DNA from: Octopus sinensis
Lineage: Eukaryota
NCBI RefSeq assembly: GCF_006345805.1
Contig: NC_043007.1
Coordinates: 67,270,001 to 67,334,000, forward strand
DNA: 64,000 nucleotides
Direction of reading: 5' to 3'
Part shown: in pieces, positions 12,942 to 25,639 of the stretch
Layout of the letters: the number at the start of each line of letters is the position of its first letter
Numbering within the stretch: the stretch's first letter is position 1
Translations under genes and position numbers: made by a program
The notes under the pieces: model-generated
What the model was told of the DNA's origin: nothing
Seen by the model: the letters and a program-made list of their open reading frames with translations, nothing else
The model's database searches: none

Positions 12942-14847
12942 CTGGGTGGATGTAAGGTTCATCAAGGACTTCTAGATTACCACTTCGGGCGGCAGCGGCT
13001 GCAGCAGCCCTTCGTTCAGCTTCTTCGTCTTCGCTGTACTTAAAATCAGAGTAACCCCCATCCGAATCATCATAGTCCTCGTCCCAATCAAGCACGTGGA
13101 TATGTTTATAATCTTTTACCATGTGTTTAGGAGGTTTCGATACACGACCTGACCTAGTCCTGGGCCGATGTTTTTTACGTTCCTCTTTCTCTTCCTTGCT
13201 TAGTTCGGGTCCGTCTATTTTCTCCTCTTCTTCTTTGTTCCGCCGTCGATAAGGTCTCCGTTGTAATTGATTGAACGTCACTGTTTGTTGACCCTGTGAC
13301 TGAGTTTCCACTCGAGTCTGCAATGTAGTTCCGTCTGAGCTAGAACTCTCAACTTCTCCGCTGGTAACAGATTTGTGGAGTTCGGACGGATAGATCACTC
13401 TATAGACGATCCTAGTGTTGGTCTGAGGGTTATACAGAATACTCGAACCCTCAGCTTGCGTGCTGCGAGCTAGCTGTTGTTGCTGTACGACTTGCATAAT
13501 TTGTTGTAGTTGATCCGTAGTCAGCTGCTGCAACGGTGTATATTGATTCCCTTGTTGAATAATACGGATAGGGTTTTGGCTGGAACCCAAAGGAGCCCCA
13601 CTTTCATCATTAGAAGGTGCAAGAGTGATGCTGATACTGTTTTGTGGTGTAATACCATTGCGAGACGAGTTGTTATCATTTGCCTCGTCGGCATTTTCGT
13701 CGTTCGCCAAACATCCGTTCTCGTTGTTTACAAATTGTTGTTCCACCACTATATTCTGTGTGCCTATATCTGAACCCATCATTTCTTCTTCCGTCTCTAA
13801 AACATCACCAGTCTGCTGTTGTTGTTGCAGATTCTGAAGTTGATGGTGTACGAGATCGTTTCGGTCATTGTTGGTGTTATTATTATTAACCGTGTTGTTG
13901 TTTGTTGTGGTTACTCTGTTAGTGGTAATGACATGTATAGGTAAAGTTGTAGTATGTGTGTTCACTAAATCTTGGTGAAATGTCTCCTGGACCCCTGCAG
14001 CAGCAGCATTAGCAGCCACTGCTGTTGCTGCGCTATCACTACCTCCTTCATCTTCAACACCTGTCACAGATGATGCTACTTCACTCATAGACATAGTTTC
14101 CGATAATGACGACGGTTGTTCAGAGAGATTTGCAGTAGTAACTATAGAAAAGTCCCCAGTACCATCGACAAAACTGTTGTCAGTATTAGTGTCTGGCTGA
14201 TTTTCACCGCTATTGGCTCCAACAACGACATTTTCATGTATTTCGGGGACGAGTACACCATCAACAACTTGATGTCCTTTGTCATCGTTTTGTCTGGAAA
14301 CAACAACCACAGTGGTAGCACGTTCCTGTTGAGATGATCCTGTCGTACTTTCTTGCACTTGCGGCTGAGCAATGTGGACAACTTGCGGAATGGATAAAGA
14401 TGAAACAACGTTGACTGCATGTTGTACAGTGTCCACAGTAGATACTGAACCAGTAACTGACGGCGATGTAATGGTCTCTGTAGTGACAGCAGATTGAAGA
14501 ACGGTACTATTTTCCACAACAGAGTTAACAATATCTCCAGCTGGACCAACTACACTGACGACACTTTCTGTAGAAGTGTTGTTATTGTCAATAGTGGACT
14601 GTGCATATTTGACTGAAGTAAGACTTTCCTCTGGAACCGTTTCTGACATGGTCTGCTGCAAAATATCTTGGACACCTTCGGATTGTTGTTGTTCTTGGTT
14701 AACTGATTGTTCAGTTAATTCTTCTGATACAATCAGACTGTCTCCAGTAGGTACAACCATCGCAGGCAATTCAGCAGAACTACCTCCGGCAACCACAACA
14801 ACATTATGTTGTTCTATGATACCAGTAGCACTTCGCTGGTCCGCCAT
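12942..14847 (-). CDS. ZNF839: ZNF839/DUF4764-like protein, large first coding exon (635 codons + 1 nt); gene incomplete
   Basis: 641-aa ORF with strong start context gccaacATGg; motif RTRSGRVSKPPKHMVKDYKHI..DSDGGYSD resembles vertebrate ZNF839 [28 protein letters not shown] (from memory); CAG|GTAAGT donor at 12942/12941 just before the ORF stop. Confidence 0.72.
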
Positions 14848-15300
14848 GTTGGCAGGGCCTCACGACAGCAGCAGCAGCGGTAGTGGCAGTAGGCTCGCAG
14901 AAAGAAGTAAGAGAGGGTGATAGAAAGAAAAAAAACACAACGGAAAAAGGCGAAGATGAAATAGTGTTCGTCGACTTGTATAATTAACGTATATTTTTTG
15001 TCATAATACATTCCTTTCCGGGTGGATTTTGTTCAGAATTATTTTCCAACCTCTTAAAAACATAAATGGGTCGATATTATTTTAGTTAATTTCTCGTGTT
15101 TTTTTACTTCCTATTAGCAGTGGGGGCAGCTGTATGAATGTATAGTAGTCATTGTAGTAATTCCTGTTGGCGCCAACTCACCAAGTATAGAGCTTCTGAT
15201 ATGGGGCGCTGTGTGCAAAAGCACGTGATCTCTCCAACTTTCGAGTTATCTCGCTTGACGATATACCTTTATGCCCCACCTTTTGTTATTCTCCGTTTGA
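14848..15300 (-). promoter_or_regulatory. 5' UTR/promoter of the ZNF839-like gene
   Basis: CpG-retaining unique DNA with a short CTG/CAG repeat; perfect palindrome GTTGGCGCCAAC (15166-15177, E2F-like) and E-box CACGTG (15222-15227). Confidence 0.45.
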
Positions 15301-16143
15301 TATCAAATACACATGCGTAAATAAAATTTAGTGATATTGCGTACTCACTATACATTTTAAATTACATAAATTATTCATAGTATATTCTTAGATTTTTGCA
15401 AATGTTTGAAGTTGTATAATTTACATTTTAATGTCATATTTGCAAATTTTGGTTATTATCTCAAAAATATTTACTAGATAAGTAAAGTATTGCCAAATAA
15501 GAAAATATTTTAATGCCAAAAAAATTAATTTTCCTTAAACATCTAATTTGCTTCAATTATTTCAAAAAAAATTAATACATGTAACAAACGCAATGTTGCT
15601 TCTAGAGGTTTTGTTAGCCTCTCAAATTTTGATGCTAGTACCTTCCCTTCTTATTTATGTGAAGCATAAAGTTATCTCTGAAACAAAAATTTTAAGAGAG
15701 GTTATCTTTTGTAATAGTCATATCTATCTATCTCTCTCTCCCCTCTCTTTCGCATGCAATAATTATACTCACTCAACAAAATATAAGTAGTTTCTGTATC
15801 TTAAGCTTTGTATAATTGCGTAAAACCACTCCATTAAAAATTGTGTATACGTGCACACACACACACATACATCATCATCATCATCTTTTAGCGTCCGTTT
15901 TCCCTCCTGGCATAGTTTAGACGATTTGACCAGCAAGCAGGACAGTTGCACCAGGTTCCAGTCTGATTTGGCTTGGTTCCTATGGCTGGATGCACTTCTT
16001 AATGCCAACCACTTTACAGTGAGTGGTGGGTGCTTTTAACGTAGCAATATATATATACACACACACACACACACATACACACACACACACACACACTCAT
16101 ATATATATATATACATACATATATACATGCATACATACATATA

Positions 16144-16906
16144 CACAAGGTACGGTGAATAAACTGTCGTCTAAATTATGCAAAAATAAAAATAACACTA
16201 ACATCTCATTGTAACAGATATATTTCCCAAAATTACATAAAAATATATCTTGAAATAATAAAGGGTGAATTTATTCAATAAAATTGCCATTGGCTTCAAC
16301 CACAGCCCCCAGTTGACTTTGGAGTCTCCTGCAACTCTTGTGGACAGTCTCCTGGTTCAAGTTGGTGAATGCTGCCATAATCCTTGTCTTAAGTTCATCT
16401 TTGGTGTTACAAGAAGTTTTTTGGGGTCTCTCACTCAACTGTGTCACACACATAATAATCAAGGGGGTTGCAGTCTGAGGTGTTAGGTGGCCAGATGTTA
16501 GAGGTGATGTGATTGTAGAAATTGTCTGACAGCCATGACTGATTTCTCCTGCTTGTGTGACATGGTGCAGAGTCTTGTTGCCAGACATAGGGTCTTCCAG
16601 CGACCACCCTCTTGACCCAGGGCAGCACTACCTCCTCCAGGCTCTTGATGTAGGTCTCCATGTTGAGTCTCAAGCCATGTGGGAAGATAAATGGAGGCAC
16701 AATGTTATCATCACTAGTGATCACTCCAAGCACCATGATGTTAACTGGGTGTTTGATTTTTATTGCTCTCGGTACATGTCCTAAGATTGCATAGTCCTCA
16801 GATTGAGACCCAAACACTCTGAAATATTCGCATTGGAGCTTCAAACAATGAGAATGCGTGAAATTAAAAATATAAAATGACAACCATTTACCCATTACAC
16901 CCTGTG
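16144..16906 (-). mobile_element. maT-type (DD37D) Tc1/mariner deletion derivative
   Basis: WQQDSAPCHTS...WPPNTSDCNPLDYY with 37 residues between the 2nd and 3rd Asp; degenerate TIRs flanked by TA. Confidence 0.85.
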
Positions 16907-16934
<28 letters not shown>

Positions 16935-16940
<6 letters not shown>

Positions 16941-17732
16941 AAGAATAAGAAGAAAATGGAGAGGTAATTAATAAAAATTATTTATTAATCTTTAGATCAA
17001 AGGTTCTCAATGGGGGCCATTTGGAGCTCGAGAGGGGGGGTAGATTTTTGGAGCAAAGGGGCTCTCATGTACCAAAGAGTACTCTTTCGATAGACTACAC
17101 GTTGATCTCATAAGTGTTGCATGGTGGAAATAAACCTAATTACCAAACTTTCAATTCATTATTTCGTTTTTTTTTGTACATCTGTACTCCTGACTGTGTA
17201 CAAGCGCATATGTAAAACAACAACCTTTATTTTGTTAATCATTATCTGCTGATATCAAAATAAGTAGTATATTGAAAAATAAAAATATTTTCTAGGGGAG
17301 CCATTTGTGACTCCAAGGGTGAAAAGGGGGCCTTTGGCCAAAATGGGTTGAGAACCTTTGCTTTAGATAATCAATTTATAAAATTAAAATCATTATAAGA
17401 TGAATCCCTTCAGATGTAGTAAGGATATACCAATTAGAAATACATGTTGAGATAATGGCTATGTTACATCTTATCTCAACATGTTATCTAAATGCGTTAT
17501 CTCAACATGTTATCTAAATTATCTAAGTACATGTTATCTCAACATGTATTTCTAATTGGTATATCCTTACTACCTCTGAAGAGATTCGTTTTATAATAAT
17601 TTTAACTTTATAAATTAATTATCTAAAGATATCTGGATTGAAATAGTTATCAGAGATGTTGTCATATTTTATAATTAATAAATAATTTTTATTAATTACC
17701 TCTCAATTTTCTCCTTTTTCTTTAAATATATA
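16935..17732. repeat. AT-rich foldback element/MITE with a nested hAT MITE
   Basis: Inverted arms 16935-16997 vs 17669-17732 and 17361-17455 vs 17534-17628. Confidence 0.8.
16998..17360. mobile_element. hAT-superfamily MITE (363 bp)
   Basis: Perfect 13-bp TIR caaaggttctcaa/ttgagaacctttg and perfect 8-bp TSD ctttagat on both sides. Confidence 0.9.
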
Positions 17733-18123
17733 TATATATGAACTGCAGTTTATATGATTACTTTATAGTTGATCTTTCTATATATTGGTAAATAATCAAT
17801 TTTTTCATTGGATTTATGATCCCTTAATGAGGTTTATTACCTTTACTTGCTACTATATGTGTGTGTGTGTGTGTGAATTCCCAGGTATCATTTATGTTTT
17901 TAACACTGTTGGAACCACAGCATTAAACAATACTGTCTAGGTGTCAAAACCATAATGATATCTGCAAAGTAGCTGAAGATTGGGTGTATATGAAATTGAT
18001 GTGCTTCTTGAGTGAACCTTTTATATTTTGTGTTCTTATGGTTCTAAGATCTTGTTGGATTATACTTGCTTAAGAATTTGTAGCTTGTGGAGATTATGCT
18101 GCATATATATAGTAATAATAATA

Positions 18124-18158
<35 letters not shown>

Positions 18159-18567
18159 CCATGGATAGAATTTGTAAATATTTTAATGCTCACTATGCTC
18201 ATTCAGTACAGTTCAATTCAATCTCATAAAACTGCTATTGCTAGTTGGTATTATAAGGCTGTAGCCAACATAATAAAATAGGAACTTTTATATGCCAACT
18301 CAAAAACGTGCTGGTATGGGTTGGACGGTTTGACTGGGGACTGGCAAGCCAGGCTGCCACACCAGGCTCCAATCTGATCTGGCAATGTTTCTACAGCTGG
18401 ATGCTCTTCCACTCTGATGACAACCACTCTGAGAGTGTAGTGGGTGCTTTTTACGTGCCACCAGCACAGAAGCCAGTCAAGTGGCACTGGCATCAGCCAC
18501 ATTTAGATGGTGCTTTTTATGTGCTACCAGCACAGGAGCCCATTCGAAGTAGGGTGTCTGACTGGCT

Positions 18568-18618
<51 letters not shown>

Positions 18619-19487
18619 TAAAAAAAGGGGGGACCAATTAAATCAGATCATGGTGAATCAACATCAAAGCACACCACCTTTTGGCTAGACAGTTCATTCG
18701 AAATATTCTAGGTAATTTAACATTCAAGACAGCAGTCAATGTAGAGTTGCATGGTTATTTCACTGACATCAGATATTCTGCAAATCCAAGCATGTATCAA
18801 GGGAATAATTGGTACATTTGATGTGGTGTAATTTATAGTAATACAGATGAAACAAATGGGTTTTATTGGTTATTACTACGTATGCTTCCATAGCAATTTT
18901 AATTTAGAACACAGGTACATTATATAACTTGGACATGTTACAATATCTAACATCATGTAACATTATGCAAGTTCATATTTTCATAAAATGCCACTTCTTT
19001 GAGCACTTTTTAGTGATATGTTGATAGAGAATGATTAAAAATTTATGAAATGCTGAATTTAAGGAACTTGGAAACAGTAGAAATGCTTATTTAAGCTGGC
19101 AGCCATGAAATCCATTAATTTCACTGGCAAAACAGATTTAGTGCATGCCTTCTTCAAATGGAAGTGGTCAAGATGTTGACCATCCTCATCCTCATTATAG
19201 TTGTCATCATCATCATCAGCAGCAGCAGCAGCACCACCACCATTATTTAACGTTGCTTTCCAAATTGGCATGAGTAGCAGTGCAGAAAGGATGATGATAT
19301 GGTGTATCAAATACTGCATTCCTTAGTTACAGTAGCAAAATAATATAGCAAACAGAAAAGGTGCATGATAGGGAAATGACTGAATTGTAGATGAGAGATC
19401 ATCAGATGGAGATTTTACAAGGACATATTGAGCAAGAGACCCAAATATAATATGCATATGCATATTTGTGTGCACACACACAATGAT

Positions 19488-19556
<69 letters not shown>

Positions 19557-20260
19557 TCATCATCATCATCACTATCATTGTAATTTTTACATCAGCATCT
19601 TTATGCTCACATAGGTCGGATGAGTTACTTTAAACACAGTGTCTCTAACTTGTTGTAGTCCTTTGTAATCTTTATGAGGCAATACATTCTAAGATCAGCC
19701 TTGAAATTTCTCTACAACAGGACGCTCCTCTACAACAAGACTTCTGTTTCTCTCTCTCAGTCTCTCTGTCACACTCTAACCTTTCATCATCTGACACAAG
19801 ATCACCTCCTCCAATGTCTCCTTCCCTCTCAAAGATTCCTTGCCATGCAAGTTACTTAGTGGCCCTGACAATGCTGATGCCACTTAAAAAGCACCCAGTC
19901 CACACTGTAAAATGGTTGGCATTTGGAAGGGCATCCAGCTATAAAAGCCATGCCAAAACTGACTTCACCTGTGCTAGTGCCACATAAAAATCACTCAGTC
20001 CACTCTACAGGAAAATTGGTGTTAGGAAGGGCATCCAGCCATAATAAACTATGTCAAAACAGACACAGAAGCTTGGCGCAGTCTTCAGCCTAGCCAGCTC
20101 CTGTCAAACCATCCAACCCATGCCAACATGGAAGGAGGATGTTAAACAATGATGACAATAATTGTCAACTATTTCCAATGGTTTTCCTACTTTTTCTACC
20201 TTAATTTCCTATGTTTCTTTTTTATCATACAGCATTCCCTTGATTAATTTTCATTCCTAG

Positions 20261-20480
20261 TATTAGGTTGTCAAGAAAGTTCTTGCGGTTTTTAACCTTT
20301 AAATTCAGATGCACATATCTCGGCTCAAACAAAACTTTATTAATTGAAATAAACACCATCAGGATCAACACACTTTTGCCAACGCGAAACTAGTTTATTT
20401 ATGCCAGTAGTGTAAAAATCCTGCGTTCTGGTGGCAATGAAGTTGTTGAAGGCATGTTTGGCATCATCTTGGTTTTTGAA
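20261..20480 (-). mobile_element. Mariner 3' end fragment
   Basis: FKNQDDAKHAFNNFIATRTQDFYTTGINKLVSRWQKCVDPDGVYFN* followed by a TIR-like taggttgtcaagaaagttc. Confidence 0.75.
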
Positions 20481-22379
20481 GCACTTAAAGTTACCACATT
20501 GTTCCATGTATTTCTTTATACCGTGTTCCTGTCAAATGATATTACAGCCTTCTGAGTAGAGCCACATTAGATGGAAAACAACCTATCCATCTAAAAACTC
20601 TCTACTGGTGGTAGTGTGTAGGTTACTTGGGCAGAGGTAAAGAATATGTACACCACCCATTTTCGGCATAACAAAAACCCTAACCTTAAACACTGGGTGT
20701 ATGTATTCTTTACTTTCACCAGTTTCTTTATATCTGCCAACATTTAGAAGGAAGAGCACTCATATGATCATTCGATGAGAGTCAAAGAATGATTACACCA
20801 ATCCAGTACACACCTTGTTCAGTGTTAACATAGTGTTAGTCTTGTATACATAGAGTTCTTACTCAAATTTTTGACTGCTTGAGTTTTTTAATGGCTAATG
20901 CCTTTTCTATCACAAAGCACGTAACAGCATTGGTTGCATGAATTTTACCATACCATCGACAGTAGAGAGGTCATCTGATAGAACTAAAATGTTCACTATA
21001 ATGTATCAGTTTTTATTCAAGGTTATTTTTCCCCAGGATAGGTCGTCTTTGTTGTGACCTGTTCAGAGTACATTTCTACCATACAATTAATTCATTAGAG
21101 CTAATGATTCTTTATAATGTGTCTATGTATTCATCTGAACAGAACAAACACCTAGATGCAGGAAATACAGAGTGAAAATGGACTGAATCAGTAAATTCAA
21201 ATAAATAACTGAATTACATGTAATCACATTTTTCCCCTCTTTGTATACACGCGCGCAGATATTTGTACACAGAAATATTTTCTTCCGCGCGTAATGGGAA
21301 ACCAAGAGTTATTTCCCATGATATACATATTTCTGAAAACAGCTTGGCATTCGGAGACATGGTCTTACGAATTATTGCTCTGTTGTGAAAGTAAAGAAAA
21401 CCATATGCATGGAAACAGCATATGTCGATCACGACGACGACGAAGGGAAACAATAGTGACGATATAGAATGAACAACGATATTAGTAGGTCAGCAAAAGT
21501 ATTTACTGAAATACCGCCTTCCTCACCTCAAAAAAGAAAAAGAAAAATGAAAAGATAAAAGCTACAAGAAAGATACAGCGAGGGTGAAAAAGAATGAGAC
21601 AGAAGGATTAGGTGAATATAGGGGAAATTGAGAGGAATTTATATAAGAGAGGGGGAAAAGAGATTACCTCCTCCTCAACCATTTTCAAAACAAATACTAT
21701 TGGCTCATTATAAACCATCACCATTGGTTACTAATAGGAATCGACTAGGGAACCTTTATGCAGTCATCCGACTAGAAATTGCAGCTAATATTACCTTCAA
21801 AAAGGATGTACATATTAGAGAATGTCGATGATATATATTCTAATATAAAAGGGATTGTCACGGTTGGAGCTCATATAAGTATAATTCTGTTTCATTAGGG
21901 CTGATCAGAACTGCATGACAATAGTACTCTACGATTGATTCCTCCCACCACTTTTACCTGGATACTTAGAGACAGTGAGATCACACACACACAACTCGTA
22001 CACACACACACAGAAAGTAGAGAAATGTGAGGTGTTTTTATTATACATACGTAATACAATACAATATTCTTTCTACTACGGGCAAAAGGCCTAAAATATT
22101 AAGGGAGAGGAGAGTCCATTACGTCAGCCACAGTGCTCAACTGGTATTATCTTATCGACCCTGAAAGAATGAAAGGCAAAGTCCACATGGGGCAATTTGA
22201 TCCCAGTATGTAAAATGGGAAGAAATGCCACTAAGCATGTCCGGTGTATTATATACACACGTACCCGCGCACACATGCACACACACGCACGCACAAATAT
22301 GTATACATACATACATACATACAATTATATAGAGGCGCGCACAACACTCACACAAATTTTTTCATGGTTCTCCGTCGTT

Positions 22380-25260
22380 TTCAACGATGAACATTTCTCC
22401 GTTTTCCCTCTCCGAACACCTCAAACTACTAGCAACTCTTTGATTACATTTCCTTCTGTATTAAGGGAATATATAGCTTACTTCATCTTCCCCGAAGTTA
22501 TCGTTTTCGGTGACTTCAAAGCTGACGACTCTCACCTCCCATACCGAAGCTACTAATGCAAAAGCTTGATATTTTGCTATTCTCAACTCAATGTATCAAC
22601 TTGCCTTACCTTCCACTCGCATTCCAGACTGACGCAAAGACACTTTAAACACTTATGACCTCTTTCTTTCTTAAAAATCTACTCTCCTAAATCGTAATAA
22701 CTTCAACATCTTATTGGGTCATCCGACCACTATCTCATCGGAATTACATACTGCATAACGCTCTACCCCTCGTATCCCACGGTACTCTAAGTCAACCCAC
22801 TGGCCGAAATTCTGCCCGTTTTATGCCAGTTATTTCTGGTAGTACACGTGCTTCACTCCTATCAGAAGCAACTAGACAGCTGTGCCATCTTAAAGCAAAG
22901 ACACACTAGGCAGTTGTCCGGGGACCTCACAGGTCTATAGCCTTATTCTGATCTACGTATGTTTGTGACTTGTCAAAAAATAAATATTATAGGGCCCAGT
23001 ACATTGATTTGCCCGGTGGCTACAACGGCTTATCTAGTTAGGTGACTGAAAATATCCTTTTAGGTATGTCTCTGTATCCCCAAGCCCCCGGTGGGCAATA
23101 AAGAAATTGGTATATCTCTATATCTCCAACACGATAGAAACTGAAATCTCCCCCACGTGGTTCATTCATAACTGCACTGCAGCTGTTCGGGGTGAAAGCA
23201 AGGCCTACATCATCTGGAGAAATTCACTCCCCTCCCAAAACTGCACAGCGTTGCTCAATATCACAGCTCTTACGTCTCAATGGTTATAGCGTCGGGCTTA
23301 CAATCGTGAGGTTGTGAGTTCGATTCAGACTCATCGCCAGACTTTAGTGTCTGGGGGTGCTTCAGATTATTCGTAATAATGGAGTTTCGAAATCACTGTA
23401 AATCTGAGTGTACACCATTGAATAGTGAGGGGGAAGTGTCGTCCAGTGTACCTCCTTAACAACGGGCATGGTTCGATTCCCGGAGCGGGCTGTGTGTTGT
23501 GTTCTTGAGCAAGACATTTTATTTCACGTTGCTCCTGTTCACTGCTGTAGAAATGAGTTGCGACCTTACTGGTACCAGTCCGTATTGGCCTTTGCTTTTC
23601 CCTTAGACAACATCGGTGACGTGGAGACGGGAGGCTGATACATTTTGGGATGACAGTGTATGCAGCTGGTCTTCCACAAACAACCTTGCTCGGACTTGTG
23701 CCCCGGGGAGGAACTTTCTTGGTGAAATCCCATGGTCATTCGTGACCAATGGAGGGTTTACCCTTTACCCTGCAAGACTATTATCCGAACTGCCACAGAT
23801 GCCTTCGTGAATCGCACATCCTTCGACTTTTACAACCTTCCAAACCGCAGACAGTCCTGGTGTCTTACCAAAAGAATCTCCACCAACATTGTGGAATCTT
23901 CTGGCCCTCCATTTCTCAGCAACAACGGATCTTTGGGCAGTATCCCCGCCGAAAAAGCTTCCACCTTCGCTACTTGTTTTGATTCTACCTCCATACCACA
24001 CCGATTTGGCCTCCAAAGCTATCCCTTTACACCCTTTCAGGACCATCACTTTGTATCTACACACATGTCGAGGGGAAAATATCTTCGGTCGCTTCAACCT
24101 GACAAGGTCATCGACCTTGACAGCATCTCTTCCATAACCTTCAAACACTACGTACCGGAATTTGTCCCTATACTCAACAAACTCTTCAATCTCTCACTCA
24201 CTGTAAGAAAAACCCTGATCTTTGGCAATGCATATCATAGTGTATCCTATTCCCAAGAAAAGTAACCTTTCTGACTCCTGCAAACTATTGTCCTATTGCA
24301 CCCAGTTCCATATCTCAAAGGTAATGATGACAGTCGTCAACAACGACTTCTCCAACACTTTGAATCTCTCTCTCTCTCTGCCCCCTCCTTTTCTCCCCTT
24401 CTCTCTATTCTTCCCTCTCTCCCCCTTTTTCCCTCTTCCCAACGATCAACAGTATTGCTTCCGTAGAGCAAATTCCACTGGAGACCCAGAGACTTACTTT
24501 CTTGTGTCACTCGTCTTACAGAAATTTGGTAAAAAGCAATGTTGTTGCTCTCAATATCAATACAACTTTTCAACATGTCTGGAATGTGAATCTGCAACAG
24601 AAACTTTCAGCCTACAGGTTTCATCTCTCTCTCACTCTCGTCTCTTGAATCAATAATTTCCTATTAAATCGCACTGTGTTAACAGAGCTCTTTCTGTCCA
24701 CCCTTAATCAATTCTGGTGTACCCCAGTGTTCAGTTTGTCGCTACGCTTTTCCTTCTATACTTCAATGGTCATCTTGCTGTCACATCCATATCCCTCTCT
24801 GGCGCGGATAATAGAACCTTTCATTCCACACTAAACTTCTCCAAACACGCATCAGCTACACGAAACCTAGGTACTGTAACCCTCAACCTTCACCGATTCC
24901 ATAAAGGGAGAACTTGAAAGCATTCACCAGTTGAGCTACATCAATCTTCCATCAGCAAAAGCAAAAAAAAAAAAAAAATCTAGAAAAAAACCCTATTCAT
25001 ATGAAGAAATATCATCGCACCTCACCCCCTTAGACGTGAGCAGCACTTTACTTCGGCCCTCACAAACGCTCCAAATGTTCTCCCGGTCAACCTTTTCTTC
25101 AGGTCCAGGAAATACGTCAGTCTCTAACATTTGCTGACTCTCTACAAAGCTTAAGTAAGGTTACAATAGAGTGTTGCTCTCTTACCAGAGATGGTGCTAC
25201 TGCTGCATACACTGTCATCCCAAAATGTATCAGAGAAGGGCTACTCGACTGACTAGTACG
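22380..25260 (+). mobile_element. Degenerate CR1/L2/Jockey-group LINE (APE + RT), interrupted by SINEs at about 22870-23105, 23260-23360 and 23465-23730
   Basis: VFGDF (APE), EKASTFATCF, LQPDK..LDSIS..PILNKLFNLSL, PIPKKSNLSD, QYCFRRANSTGD; many stops and frameshifts. Confidence 0.75.
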
Positions 25261-25639
25261 AAATTACTCACAGATGTGCGCCAGCCTCCGACCTGCTATA
25301 ATGATTTATATATTTAATTGGTGAGGTTTTCGGTTTTGCTACTAAGTGTCTAAGCTTAGAGTAACTAAGTATAAAAAACTTAGAGTAACGATAAGTTAAT
25401 TTTCAAGCAACGATTAGTTAACAATCACTTAACAAACATAATCTGTAAGTTGTAAGTGGAAAAATTAAAATATGCAAGATTTTTCTAAAATTCAGTACGC
25501 AACACGCATCGCTTTTACTGACCAAATTACAGCAACGGACCTTTGCTTCTTAATTAGAAACCAGCTCCTTGCATATAAGAATTCAAATAATTAAAAAAGA
25601 TATCGCACACGCACACACACACACAATACACGCCACAAT

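Noticed and set aside
13510-14920. Overlapping + strand ORFs within the ZNF839-like exon
   Set aside because: Antisense shadows of a long coding exon
17780-19080. Faint Penelope-RT-like phrases (e.g. TFDVV)
   Set aside because: Similarity too weak to call without a profile search
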